Below, one piece after another: positions 28,276 through 37,807 of a stretch of 64,000 bases of DNA (positions within the stretch are counted from its first letter, which is position 1; every line of letters begins with the position of its first letter). The position numbers and the translations under genes are program-made. The notes beneath the pieces are model-generated. The model had not been told where the DNA came from, did no database searches, and saw only the letters and a program-made list of their open reading frames with translations. Source of the stretch: Deltaproteobacteria bacterium (GTDB lineage Bacteria > Myxococcota_A > UBA9160 > SMWR01). The stretch spans positions 1 to 64,000 of the forward strand of contig JAQBHB010000002.1 in assembly GCA_032128115.1 (NCBI GenBank). The letters run 5' to 3'.

Positions 28276-29279
28276 GCGGGCTCCTGGGGGCGCTCCTCGA
28301 AGCGAAGCAGGTAGCTCGCCCACGTGAGCCCGGCGCCCACGCCCACCACGGCCACGTCGTCCCGATCGGCCCACTTCTCCCAATGCATGGAGAGCACCGA
28401 GGCGGAGCCGGCGGCCGCCGTATTGCCGAACCACTCCACGTTGTGGTGGTGGCACTCGGGCGCGATGCCGCACTGGTTTCGCACCGACTCCAGCATCAGG
28501 CGGTTGGCCTGGTGCCCCACGAAGTGGAAGCCCCGGTGGTCGTCGGCGTATTCCTCGCGCAGGGCGTTCAGGCAGCGGGTCATGCGCTTGATGCCGAAGG
28601 TCTGGACCGTGCGGCCCTCCTGGCGGAAATGACCGATCCGCGGCACCACCACCTTGTCGCCCCCCGCTGGGCTCGACGCGAGCGTGCTCGTCACCACCCG
28701 GGCTCGCGCCGGATGCCGCGTGGACACCACCGCCGCCGCGGCCCCGTCGCCCCACAACACCGCGGACGCGCGATCCGTGTAGTCCACGGTCTTGGTGAGA
28801 CAGTCGGGCACGGCCAGCAGCACATAGTCGGGCAACCGGTCGGGCTGCATGCGCATCAGCAGGTCCATCTGGACGTAGAAGCTCGTGCACGCGGACACCA
28901 CGTCGAAGGCGGGCACCTCGAGACCCAGCAGGCGAGCGATGTTGCAGGCTTCGGCCGGAGACGACGTGTCCGAGGCCGAGCCGCCGGCGATCACCATCCC
29001 GATCGCGTCTTTCGAAATCCCCGCCCGCTCGATGGCCATGGCGGCGGCCTGGCTGCCAAGCTCCGCGTTCGACACCACGGCGGCCTCCATGGCGCCGCGG
29101 GGATCGCGATTGCGCGTTTCGCGGATGTAATCCAGGGGCAGCACGGTGCGGCGCGCGCGGATCCCGGTTCGCTCCAGGATCCACTCGTCACTGGTTCCGA
29201 TGTCCAGCTCTTCCAGGAAGCGGTTGTCCATCTCGTTGTCCGGGTGCTGGTGGCCGAATCCGTGCACGAACAGCGTCAT
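28272..29279 (-). CDS. fabH: 3-oxoacyl-ACP synthase III (FabH family)
   Basis: WILERTGI, SACTS, WGDGAAA, HQAN, GNT, GAGLTW (Cys-His-Asn). Confidence 0.88.
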   Translation of the reverse strand: MTLFVHGFGHQHPDNEMDNRFLEELDIGTSDEWILERTGIRARRTVLPLDYIRETRNRDPRGAMEAAVVSNAELGSQAAAMAIERAGISKDAIGMVIAGGSASDTSSPAEACNIARLLGLEVPAFDVVSACTSFYVQMDLLMRMQPDRLPDYVLLAVPDCLTKTVDYTDRASAVLWGDGAAAAVVSTRHPARARVVTSTLASSPAGGDKVVVPRIGHFRQEGRTVQTFGIKRMTRCLNALREEYADDHRGFHFVGHQANRLMLESVRNQCGIAPECHHHNVEWFGNTAAAGSASVLSMHWEKWADRDDVAVVGVGAGLTWASYLLRFEERPQEPA

Positions 29280-30226
29280 CGCTGCACCCCGGAGATGTGC
29301 TCGCCGCCGTCGACCCGGATCACTTCGCCGTTGATCCAGGCTGCGTCGTCGCTGCACAGCAGGTAGATGGCATTGGCCACGTCGCGCGGCGTGGTGAGCC
29401 GGCCCAGGGGGTTGCGGCTGCGAGCCTGGGCCTTCAGGTGGTCGCTGCCGGGAATCGCCTGCAGGGCGGGGGTGTCGGTGATGCCCGCCTGCACCACGTT
29501 GGAGCGGATCCCGAAGGGCGCAAGCTCCACGGCCATGGCCCGGGCGATGGACTCCAGCGCCACCTTGGCCGCGGCCACACCGGCGTAGCCCTTCCAGGCC
29601 ACCTGATTGCCCTCACTGGTGAGGCCCAGCACCCGCGCGTCCGACGCGAACAGCCCGCGGGTGAGCACGGCCTGGGTCCAGCCCAGCAGGCTCGTGCCCA
29701 TACTGTGGATCGTGCGGCCCAGGTCTTCCTCATCCAGGTAGCGCGTCGGGTAGCTGGGCGCGCTGGCGAGCGACTGCAGGGCATCGACACCGCCGGCGAA
29801 GAGTTCGTCCACGGCGCTCCTCACCCGGGCCGCATCCACGCCCAGCGACGTCGCAAGTGCTTCGGCGGCCTGGTCGCGGTCCGGATTTCTTGTCTCGGGC
29901 GCAATCAGCTTCAGGTTCCCGAAGGCGATGGAGTGCAGCAGCATGCGGACCCGGCCGTCTTCCCCCAGGGCCGCGGCGAGCTGCGCGAGGATCTCGTCAC
30001 GCTTTTCCGAATCCAGGGCATCGGCGTTGAACGTGAGCAGCGACACCCCGGTGCCGCGCAGTTTCTCGAACTCGGGCTCGATGCGTGCCATGGCGCCACG
30101 GCGATCCCGGTGAACGAGACACAGGTTCATTCCGTGCTCGGCGAGTTTGTGGGCAGTGGCGAGACCGAAGCCGCTGGATCCGCCGAGGATCAGACCCCAA
30201 TGTCCGGATTCGAACGCAGCTGTCAC
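29276..30226 (-). CDS. SDR, probable enoyl-ACP reductase (FabL/FabI-like)
   Basis: GGSSGFG, HSIAFG, Y-x6-K (YAGVAAAK), DTPAL, IRVDGG; GTG start after GGGGGA. Confidence 0.8.
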   Translation of the reverse strand: MTAAFESGHWGLILGGSSGFGLATAHKLAEHGMNLCLVHRDRRGAMARIEPEFEKLRGTGVSLLTFNADALDSEKRDEILAQLAAALGEDGRVRMLLHSIAFGNLKLIAPETRNPDRDQAAEALATSLGVDAARVRSAVDELFAGGVDALQSLASAPSYPTRYLDEEDLGRTIHSMGTSLLGWTQAVLTRGLFASDARVLGLTSEGNQVAWKGYAGVAAAKVALESIARAMAVELAPFGIRSNVVQAGITDTPALQAIPGSDHLKAQARSRNPLGRLTTPRDVANAIYLLCSDDAAWINGEVIRVDGGEHISGVQR

Positions 30227-30311
30227 CGGTCCCCCCTGGTTGCGCGATGGCCGCGACCCCGAGTCGGTATGCTCCCCCTCGGCGGACGCTTCCGCCACGG
30301 AACACACAAAC

Positions 30312-30357
30312 ATGACTCCGGGTCAATCGAAGGGCCGGAAATATGACTAACGGTCAT
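30312..30357. promoter_or_regulatory. Two palindromic operators TGAC-N5-GTCA (probable TetR sites)
   Basis: ATGACTCCGGGTCAA (30312-30326) and ATGACTAACGGTCAT (30343-30357), 31 bp apart. Confidence 0.75.
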
Positions 30358-30368
30358 TTTCATGTCAA
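30340..30368 (-). promoter_or_regulatory. Sigma70 promoter of the fatty-acid operon
   Basis: TTGACA (30368-30363), 17 nt, CATATT (30345-30340). Confidence 0.7.
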
Positions 30369-30412
30369 GGGTCCGAGCTGAAACATAGAATGTAGGTGTT
30401 TCGCAACACTCC

Positions 30413-31033
30413 ATGAAAACCCCCATCCTCGAGTTCTGGTTCGAATTCGCGAGCACCTACTCCTACCTGGCGGCGGAGCAGGTCGAGGCCCGAGCAGGGG
30501 TCTCAGGCGTCGACGTCGCCTGGAGGCCCTTCCTGCTGGGCCCGATCTTCCGCGCCCAGGGCTTTGCCGACTCGCCCTTCAACCTGTTTCCCGCCAAGGG
30601 CCGCTACATGTGGCGAGACCTTGCGCGCCTGTGCGCGAAGTACGGAGTGGCATTCTCGCGGCCCAGCGTCTTCCCCCGCAACGGGCTGCTGGCCGCCCGC
30701 GTGGCGTGCGCGGCCGCGTCCGAGCCCTGGCTTCCCGACTTCGTGCGCGCCGGCTACCGCGCAAACTTCGCCCTCGATCGGGACATCGCCGACCCCCGGG
30801 TGCTGGTGACGCTTCTGGACGACCTGGGCCAACCGGGAGCCGCGATTCTCGAGCGCGCGGCGTCGAACGAGAACAAGCTCGCCCTGCGCGCCCAATCCGA
30901 GCGCGCCGCAAGTCTGGGAATCTTCGGGGCTCCGAGCTTCCGGGTGGGGAGTGAACTCTTCTGGGGCCACGACCGCCTGGACGATGCACTCGCGTGGTGC
31001 GTCCGGGATGCGCTGGGCGACGGCGATTCGTAA
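30413..31033 (+). CDS. 2-hydroxychromene-2-carboxylate isomerase / DsbA-like GST-kappa
   Basis: FWFEFASTYSYL, WRPFLLGPIF, GIFGAPSF, FWGHDRL. Confidence 0.9.
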   Translation: MKTPILEFWFEFASTYSYLAAEQVEARAGVSGVDVAWRPFLLGPIFRAQGFADSPFNLFPAKGRYMWRDLARLCAKYGVAFSRPSVFPRNGLLAARVACAAASEPWLPDFVRAGYRANFALDRDIADPRVLVTLLDDLGQPGAAILERAASNENKLALRAQSERAASLGIFGAPSFRVGSELFWGHDRLDDALAWCVRDALGDGDS

Positions 31034-31042
31034 GCTGCCGCC

Positions 31043-32074
31043 ATGTCGGAAGCCCAACCGGGCCAGCTGTTGTTCGCGGGATTCGAAGGCACGCGGCTCC
31101 CGCGCGATCTGGCCGATCTCATCGCCGCCGGCCGGCTGGGGGGTGTCGTGCTGTTCGCCCGCAACCTGCAGGGCCCCGAGCAGGCGCGCGCCCTGGTCGA
31201 CGCCCTACACGCGAGCGCACCCCCCGACACGCCGCTCACGGTGGCGATCGACCAGGAAGGCGGCCGCGTGCAGCGCCTGCGCGCGCCCTGGACCGAGTGG
31301 CCGCCCATGCGGCGACTCGGGGAACGCGATTCCCTCGAAGACGTGCGCCAGCTGGCCCGCGCCCTGGGACGCGAGCTCGCGGATCTGCGCATCGATCTCG
31401 ACTTCGCGCCGGTGGTGGACGTGGACACCAATCCGGACAACCCGGTGATCGGCGACCGCAGCTTCTCCCGCGACCCGGAGCAGGTGGGACGCCTGGCGGC
31501 GGCATTCGTCGCGGCCCTCCAGGATGAGGGCGTCGCCGCCTGTGCGAAGCATTTCCCCGGCCATGGGGATACGTCGGTGGACAGCCACCTGGACCTGCCG
31601 CGCATCGACCACGATCTCTCGCGCTTGCGGGCCACCGAGATTCCACCCTTCCAGGCGGCCATCGACGCGGGTGTGGCCAGCATCATGACGGCCCACATCC
31701 TGCTGCCCCAGCTGTCGCAGCACATGCCCGCCACGCTCTCGCGCGAGGTGTTGCAGATATTGCGCAGCGACCTGGGCTACGACGGGCTCGTCTTCGGGGA
31801 CGATTTCGAGATGGCCGCCGTGGCCGAGCACTTCACGCCCGAGCAGGCCACGGAGGCAGCCCTTGCAGCCGGCGTGGACGCGGTGATGGTGTGCAAGCGC
31901 GCGGACCTCCGGGATCAGGTCCTGGCGGCGCTCGAAGCCGCGCCGGAGTCGCTGCTCGCGCCGGCGTTCGCGCGCATGCGCCACTTCAAGCGCGAGTGGT
32001 CGGGAGGGCGACACGCCAGCGGGGCAAGCCCTCCGTACGCGCAGCACCTGGGGCTGGCAAGGCGTCTGGCCTGA
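31043..32074 (+). CDS. nagZ: Beta-N-acetylhexosaminidase (GH3)
   Basis: DQEGGRVQR, APVVD, KHFPGHGDTSVDSH, MTAH, DDFEM. Confidence 0.93.
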   Translation: MSEAQPGQLLFAGFEGTRLPRDLADLIAAGRLGGVVLFARNLQGPEQARALVDALHASAPPDTPLTVAIDQEGGRVQRLRAPWTEWPPMRRLGERDSLEDVRQLARALGRELADLRIDLDFAPVVDVDTNPDNPVIGDRSFSRDPEQVGRLAAAFVAALQDEGVAACAKHFPGHGDTSVDSHLDLPRIDHDLSRLRATEIPPFQAAIDAGVASIMTAHILLPQLSQHMPATLSREVLQILRSDLGYDGLVFGDDFEMAAVAEHFTPEQATEAALAAGVDAVMVCKRADLRDQVLAALEAAPESLLAPAFARMRHFKREWSGGRHASGASPPYAQHLGLARRLA

Positions 32075-32087
32075 GTCCTTTGCCAGC

Positions 32088-32858
32088 TCAGAAGGGCCAG
32101 TTGCTGGCGATCAGACCGCCGTCCACTTCCATCACCTTGCCGGTGACGAAGCTCGACGCCGGCGACGCCAGATAGAGAGCCGCCAGGGCGATGTCCTCCA
32201 CCTGGCCGATGCGAGCCATGGGCGTTCTCGACTCCATGGCACCGCGAAGTTCGTCGTTCAGGAACGGCGCCAGGGCCGAGGTCTCCACGGCGCCCACGCC
32301 AATGGCGTTCACGCGCACGTTCGGTGCGAACTCGGCCGCCAGCTGTTGGGTCATGAACGACAGCGCTGCCTTCGCAGTGCCGTAGGCCACGAAGTTTGCC
32401 TGGGGCAGGCGTCCCGCGGCCGACGAGATGTTCACGATCGAGCCGCCGCCGGTCTCCAGCATGTGGGGAATCACCAGACGACTCATGTGGAAGGCCGTGG
32501 TCACGTTGAAGTGGAAGGCGCGCTCCAGGCTGCGGTCGCTGGTCTGGAGGGCGGCCTTCGGCGGCGAGCCTCCGGCGTTGTTCACCAGGATGTCGATGCG
32601 ACCGAATTCCTTGAGGGTCTGGGCCACCACGTCGTCGAGCTGTTCGTCCTGCATCACGTCGCAGGGGACGGCCAGGGCCCGCCGTCCCAGACTGCGCACC
32701 TTCGCGGCCACGGCCTCGATCTGTTCGAGCGTACGGGCGGCGCACACCACGTTCGCTCCCATCTCGGCGAACGCCAGGGCCGAGCCCTCGCCGATGCCGC
32801 GGCCGGCGCCGGTCACGATCGCCACCTTGTCGTCGAGTCGGAATCGATCCAGGATCAC
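32088..32858 (-). CDS. Short-chain dehydrogenase/reductase
   Basis: TGAGRGIG, NNAGG, NISS, YGTAK; RBS GAGGAGG; TATAAT at 32904-32899. Confidence 0.93.
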   Translation of the reverse strand: MILDRFRLDDKVAIVTGAGRGIGEGSALAFAEMGANVVCAARTLEQIEAVAAKVRSLGRRALAVPCDVMQDEQLDDVVAQTLKEFGRIDILVNNAGGSPPKAALQTSDRSLERAFHFNVTTAFHMSRLVIPHMLETGGGSIVNISSAAGRLPQANFVAYGTAKAALSFMTQQLAAEFAPNVRVNAIGVGAVETSALAPFLNDELRGAMESRTPMARIGQVEDIALAALYLASPASSFVTGKVMEVDGGLIASNWPF

Positions 32859-32996
32859 GGACGGACCTCCTCACTGCCATCGTCGAATGGAACGGGTCAT
32901 TATAGACTGCCGCTGGCCCCGGGAGGTGCCGTGTGATGGTCAAGCGGGTGTTCGTCTTGCTGCGTCTTCCGCATCGGGCCCAGGAGAACGCAGTCG

Positions 32997-34274
32997 TTGG
33001 GAAGTAGGCAACACCGCCCCATGCTGGCGCTGGCGGCGTTGGGGTGCTGCGCCCTGGGCGCCTCCGAGATCGAGCGGATCAGCCGGCGCGGCCCGGGGAT
33101 GCCCGTCAACGCCGGCGCCTACCATCCGGCCGCCAGCCACGACTGCGGTGTGGTCGTCTTCAGCATGGCCGGCAGCGTCTTCGCGTACGAACCCGGGCGC
33201 GAGGGGCTGGAACGCATCAGCGTCGCCCGCGACGGCGGCGTGGCGAATCATTCCAGCGGACCCTCCGCCATCAGTTCCGGAGGCCGATTCGTGGCGTTCC
33301 AGTCCGGCGCCTCGAACCTGGTCGCCGCGGACCGCAACCGCCATGACGACACGTTCGTCCGCGACCGCGAGACCGGTGAGACCACGCGGGTGAGTGTTTC
33401 GAATCGCGGCATCGAAGCCGACGACGTCGGCGCCCCACTGGGCCACCCCCTGGCCCTGAGCGCGGACGGGCAGATCGCGGCCTTCAGCTCGAGGGCCGCC
33501 AACCTGGCCTTCGGAGACCGCAACCAGAAGATGGACGCCTTCATCCGCGACCGGATGCGCGGCAAGATTCAACGGGTCAGCATCTCATCCCGGTCCAAGG
33601 AAGCCGACGGGGACAGCTTCGCCACGGGCATGAGCGCCAGCGGTCGCTTCGTGGTGTTTTCGTCCGATGCCACCAACCTGGTGCCCGGAGACGTAAACGC
33701 CGCGCGCGATGTCTTCGTGCGCGATCGGGGCTCGGGCCTCACCACGCGAGTCAGCGTCTCGGACTCCTGGCGCCAGGGCAACGGAACCAGCGATTTCGGA
33801 GTGGTCAGTGACAACGGCCGCTTCGTGGCATTTGCCTCCGAGGCCTCGAACCTGGTGACGAACGACGGCAACGGCGCGCGTGACATCCTGGTTCGCGATC
33901 GGGTCCGGGAGGTCACGCTGCTGGTGAGCGCCACCGCCAAGGGTGAGCCGGGCAACGGCCCCAGTGACTTTCCGGCCATCAGCTCCAGTGGCCGCTTCAT
34001 CGCCTTCAGCTCCAGGGCCGAAAACCTGGTGGAGAAGGACACCAACGGCGTCGCCGATGTCTTTGTGTACGACGGCTGGCGGGGCCGGATGACCCGGGTG
34101 AGCGTTTCCAACGCTGGCACCCAGGCCGATGGCGACAGTGGCCAGTGGTCGGTGGCGATCAGCCCCGACGGGTCGTGCGTGGCCTTCGATTCGTACGCAA
34201 CCAATCTCGTGCCCGACGACGGCAACAAGACCCTCGACGTCTTCGTGGTGCGGCGATTGCACGCGTCGCCGTGA
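32997..34274 (+). CDS. Secreted TolB-like/PD40 beta-propeller repeat protein
   Basis: Repeated S.DGRFVAF.S.A.NLV..D.N...DVFVRDR units; hydrophobic N-terminus; start is 32997 or 33021. Confidence 0.88.
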   Translation: MGSRQHRPMLALAALGCCALGASEIERISRRGPGMPVNAGAYHPAASHDCGVVVFSMAGSVFAYEPGREGLERISVARDGGVANHSSGPSAISSGGRFVAFQSGASNLVAADRNRHDDTFVRDRETGETTRVSVSNRGIEADDVGAPLGHPLALSADGQIAAFSSRAANLAFGDRNQKMDAFIRDRMRGKIQRVSISSRSKEADGDSFATGMSASGRFVVFSSDATNLVPGDVNAARDVFVRDRGSGLTTRVSVSDSWRQGNGTSDFGVVSDNGRFVAFASEASNLVTNDGNGARDILVRDRVREVTLLVSATAKGEPGNGPSDFPAISSSGRFIAFSSRAENLVEKDTNGVADVFVYDGWRGRMTRVSVSNAGTQADGDSGQWSVAISPDGSCVAFDSYATNLVPDDGNKTLDVFVVRRLHASP

Positions 34275-35026
34275 GTCCCATCTACGCCCTCGGGCCCGAG
34301 ATCTCCTTCCCGCCGGTGGAAGAGGCGGACAAGAGCGGCCTGCTGGCGGTGGGGGGCGACCTTTCGGCGGAACGCCTGTTGCTGGCCTACTCGCTGGGAA
34401 TCTTTCCCTGGTACGAGGACGGGCAACCCGTTCTGTGGCATGCCCCGGACCCGCGCATGCTGCTGGCCCCGTCGGCCCTGCGAGTTTCGCGCAGCCTGGC
34501 TCGCAGCCTGCGCCGCGGTCGCTTCGAGCTGCGACTCGATACGGCGTTCCGGGCGGTGGTGCGCGGGTGCGCCGAGGCGCCGCGCAAGGGCGAACCGGGA
34601 ACCTGGATCACGGACGACATGTTCGAGGCCTACTGCCTCCTGCACGAGCTGGGCTTCGCCCACAGCGTCGAATCGTGGCAGCGGGGCGAGTTGGTGGGCG
34701 GCATGTACGGGGTGTCCCTGGGTGGATGCTTCTTCGGCGAGTCCATGTTTGCGCGCCAGCGCGACGCTTCGAAGGTGGCGCTGGTGGGACTGGTGCGACA
34801 GATCGAGGCCTGGGGCTTCGACCTGCTCGACTGCCAGATCCACTCCGATCACCTGGCGCGGCTGGGCGCCGCCGAACGTCCGCGGGGCTGGTTCACCCGC
34901 GCCCTGGGGTTCTCGTTGCAGAAACAGACGCGGCGCGGCGCGTGGCACTTCGACCCCGCAGTTCTCGACGATCTGTCGCAGCAGAGGGCCAGGTCCGCGC
35001 TTCCAGACCGCTGCGCCGAGCCGTAG
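34271..35026 (+). CDS. aat: Leucyl/phenylalanyl-tRNA--protein transferase
   Basis: GLLAVGGDL, AYSLGIFPW, AHSVE, FFGESMF, ASKVAL, LDCQ. Confidence 0.95.
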   Translation: MSPIYALGPEISFPPVEEADKSGLLAVGGDLSAERLLLAYSLGIFPWYEDGQPVLWHAPDPRMLLAPSALRVSRSLARSLRRGRFELRLDTAFRAVVRGCAEAPRKGEPGTWITDDMFEAYCLLHELGFAHSVESWQRGELVGGMYGVSLGGCFFGESMFARQRDASKVALVGLVRQIEAWGFDLLDCQIHSDHLARLGAAERPRGWFTRALGFSLQKQTRRGAWHFDPAVLDDLSQQRARSALPDRCAEP

Positions 35027-35072
35027 AATGGCCGCGCGCACCGATTCCCCGCGCACCGGAGGCCGTCCCCCA

Positions 35073-35936
35073 TTGACCCTGCGCAATCTTGCATTCGAAG
35101 GGCCCAACGCCGAGCAGATCGAGTACTGGAACGCCCAGGCGGGCCCGCGTTGGGTGAGCGCCCAGGAGATTCTCGATGCACAGCTCTCCGAGATCGGGCT
35201 GCGCGGCATGGAACGCGCGGAGGTGGCGGGCGGTCATCAGGTTCTCGACGTGGGCTGCGGTTGCGGCCAGACCAGCCTGCAGCTGGCCGAGCGGGTCGGC
35301 CCGGAAGGTTCCGTCACCGGAATCGACATCTCCTCGGTGATGCTGGCGCGCGCCCGCGACCGGGCGGCGGGCTGGGGAAGCGTGCGTTTCGAGAATGCCG
35401 ACGCCCAGACGGAGGAGCTTCCCGCCGGGCACTTCGACCGCATCTTCTCTCGCTTCGGCGTGATGTTCTTCGGCGACCCCAAGGCCGCCTTCCGGAACCT
35501 GCACGCGGCCTGCAAGCCCGGCGGGCGGCTCGCGTTCCTGTGCTGGCAGGCGCTCGGGCGCAACGATTGGATGCGGGTGCCCTTGGCCGCCGCGGCCGCG
35601 CACCTGACGCTGCCCGCCCCCCCGTCGCCGGACGCACCCGGACCGTTCGCATTCGCGGATCCGGAACACGTGTGTGGGATCCTGGCGAGCGCGGGCTTCC
35701 ACGACGTGGCCTGGGGACCACTGGAGCAGCCCCTCTCGGTGGGAGGCGGCGCGGACGTGGACACGGTCGCCGAGTTCCTGTTGGGCCTGGGACCGTTGGG
35801 GCGCATCATCGGCGATGGGGATGATGCCACCCGCGCCCGGGTGATGGGCGCCATTCGCGAGTCGCTGGCTCCCTACACAACCGCAAGCGGCGTCCGCATG
35901 GACTCGGCCGCCTGGGTCTTCACGGCCAATCCGTGA
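35073..35936 (+). CDS. Class I SAM-dependent methyltransferase
   Basis: VLDVGCGCG, GIDIS, SRFGVMFF; TTG start after GGAGG (alternative ATG 35028). Confidence 0.9.
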   Translation: MTLRNLAFEGPNAEQIEYWNAQAGPRWVSAQEILDAQLSEIGLRGMERAEVAGGHQVLDVGCGCGQTSLQLAERVGPEGSVTGIDISSVMLARARDRAAGWGSVRFENADAQTEELPAGHFDRIFSRFGVMFFGDPKAAFRNLHAACKPGGRLAFLCWQALGRNDWMRVPLAAAAAHLTLPAPPSPDAPGPFAFADPEHVCGILASAGFHDVAWGPLEQPLSVGGGADVDTVAEFLLGLGPLGRIIGDGDDATRARVMGAIRESLAPYTTASGVRMDSAAWVFTANP

Positions 35937-35982
35937 ACCGGCACCGATCCGTGAACCGGCACCACGTCGTGAACCGGCACCA
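35929..35982. repeat. Tandem repeat, 3 x 18 bp (core CGTGAACCGGCACC), starting at the methyltransferase stop codon
   Basis: Cores at 35932, 35950 and 35968. Confidence 0.9.
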
Positions 35983-35988
35983 CGTGCG

Positions 35989-37194
35989 ATGAGCGCGAAA
36001 GCCGACTGGGGCTGGGCCAGCGAACTCGAGGACGTCTCGTCCCAGGTGGCCATCGTCGGCGTGGGCGACGCCGACCAGACCCGGGCCTCGGGCCGCACCG
36101 CCCTCGAAATCGCGGGCCAGGCCGTCGAGCGCGCCATCGCCGACGCGGGACTTCGGCCCGAAGACGTGGACGGGATCCTCTTCAGCGGCGGTCTCGGAGA
36201 CGCCTTCGACGACAAGGCCTTCCGTGCCCACTTCGGCACGCATCACGAAATGTTCACCTCGGGCGCAGGCGGTGCCATGGTGTGGGCGGCCACGGCGCCC
36301 TGCATCGCCGCGAAGGCCCTGCAGAGCGGCAGGGCCCGCCACATCGTGAACGTCTTCTCGGTGTCGTGGGCCACGCAGCGCTCGAGCATGCTGGGGGGGC
36401 CCGGTCAGTTCCACGCGGCCGAGCGCTTCAAGCGAAATCTGGAGGTTCCCTTCGGCTGGTTTCCCCAGCCTGTCTACTTCGCAACCATCGCGCGCCGCCA
36501 CATGTTCGAGTTCGGCACCACGCCCGAACAACTCGGCGCCATCGCCGTGGCATGCCGCCGCCACGCCAACCTGCACCCGGGCGCCGTCATGAGGGACAAG
36601 ACCCTGACTCTCGACGACTACCTGGCGCGACCCATGCTGGTGGATCCCCTGCGCGTGGAAGATTGCTGCCTGATCTCCGACGGGGGCGGCGCCTACGTGA
36701 TGACCACTCCCGAGCGCGCCCGCGACCTGCGCAAGCCGCCGGTTCTCGTGGCCGGTGTGGGCGAGGCCCATTCGGCCACCGGCACCTACTGGAGTCAGCA
36801 ATCGGCCTTCACCAGCACGCCCCAGGTCTTCTCGGCGCCCGCGGCCTTCGCCATGGCGGGGCTCTCCCCCAGCGACGTGGATGTGCTGACCCTCTACGAT
36901 CCCTTCACGATCGTGGCGCTCATGCAGATCGAGGACATGGGCTTCTGCCCCAAGGGCGAGGGCGGCCGCTTCGTGGAGGGAACGCGCCTGCACCACGACG
37001 GCGGCGGGCTTCCCTACAACACCCACGGCGGTCTGCTCTCCCACGCCTACGTGCTCGGCATCTCCCATGTGGTGGAGGTGGTGCGCCAACTGCGGGGCGA
37101 GGCCGCCGCCCAGGTGCCCGACGCGAAGGTGGGCGTCTACGGCGGCTACACCGGGCACATGGCCAGCACGCTGGTCATGCGGAGCGAGGCGTGA
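35989..37194 (+). CDS. Thiolase-like protein (SCP2/Ltp2 type)
   Basis: AIVGVG, DCCLISDGG, LYDPFT, NTHGGLLSHAY. Confidence 0.88.
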   Translation: MSAKADWGWASELEDVSSQVAIVGVGDADQTRASGRTALEIAGQAVERAIADAGLRPEDVDGILFSGGLGDAFDDKAFRAHFGTHHEMFTSGAGGAMVWAATAPCIAAKALQSGRARHIVNVFSVSWATQRSSMLGGPGQFHAAERFKRNLEVPFGWFPQPVYFATIARRHMFEFGTTPEQLGAIAVACRRHANLHPGAVMRDKTLTLDDYLARPMLVDPLRVEDCCLISDGGGAYVMTTPERARDLRKPPVLVAGVGEAHSATGTYWSQQSAFTSTPQVFSAPAAFAMAGLSPSDVDVLTLYDPFTIVALMQIEDMGFCPKGEGGRFVEGTRLHHDGGGLPYNTHGGLLSHAYVLGISHVVEVVRQLRGEAAAQVPDAKVGVYGGYTGHMASTLVMRSEA

Positions 37195-37622
37195 GCATCC
37201 CCTTCCCCATGCCCGACACCGAGTGGGAGGCCACCCGCGAGTTCTGGCAGGCCGCCTCCGAGAATCGGCTCGTGATCCCCCGCTGCTCGGCGTGCCAGAC
37301 CTGGAACTGGTATCCGGGAGAAGTGTGCCGAGCCTGCCACGACGGATCGCTTTCGTGGACGCCCGTGTCGGGTCGCGGCACGCTCTTCTCCTGGGCGCTG
37401 GTGGACCGCGCCTTCGTGCCGGCGTTCGCAGAGGAGATCCCCTATCTCACGGGCCTGGTGTCGCTGGCGGAAGACCCGGCCGTGCGCCTGGTGACGCGCC
37501 TGGTGGACTGCGAGCCCGGCGACCTGCGCATGGATCTCCCCATGCAGGTGGTGTACCGCCCCCTGCGCTTCCCGGAGACACCGGACGAGGTCATGGCCCC
37601 CTTCTTCGCCCCGGCCATTTGA
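37191..37622 (+). CDS. DUF35 Zn-ribbon/OB-fold protein
   Basis: FWQAA..RLVIPRCSAC..YP..VCRAC, SGRGTLFSW; GTGA overlap with the thiolase-like gene. Confidence 0.9.
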   Translation: MSIPFPMPDTEWEATREFWQAASENRLVIPRCSACQTWNWYPGEVCRACHDGSLSWTPVSGRGTLFSWALVDRAFVPAFAEEIPYLTGLVSLAEDPAVRLVTRLVDCEPGDLRMDLPMQVVYRPLRFPETPDEVMAPFFAPAI

Positions 37623-37807
37623 ATTCGCCAGACCCTTCCTGTACCAACCCTGGATTCCTCGCCCTGGCCATCGCCTGGCCGGGCGTAAGCCGCGCGGACT
37701 CCCGACTCCAGATCGTCCTGGGGGATCCGGACTGGGAACTTCCCGACGTGGGGCCTGGGTTCGCCAGGCGCGCAGCGTCCGGGTTTCGGCCGTGGGCGAC
37801 CGTCTGC

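Noticed and set aside
32936..33007. 23-codon ORF (MVKRVFVLLRLPHRAQENAVVGK) after GGGAGG, upstream of the beta-propeller gene
   Set aside because: No supporting features; could be chance, and the propeller gene has its own plausible signal peptide.
37623..37807. 185-bp gap between convergent genes as a possible ncRNA or MITE
   Set aside because: No terminal inverted repeats, promoter or second copy in the window.
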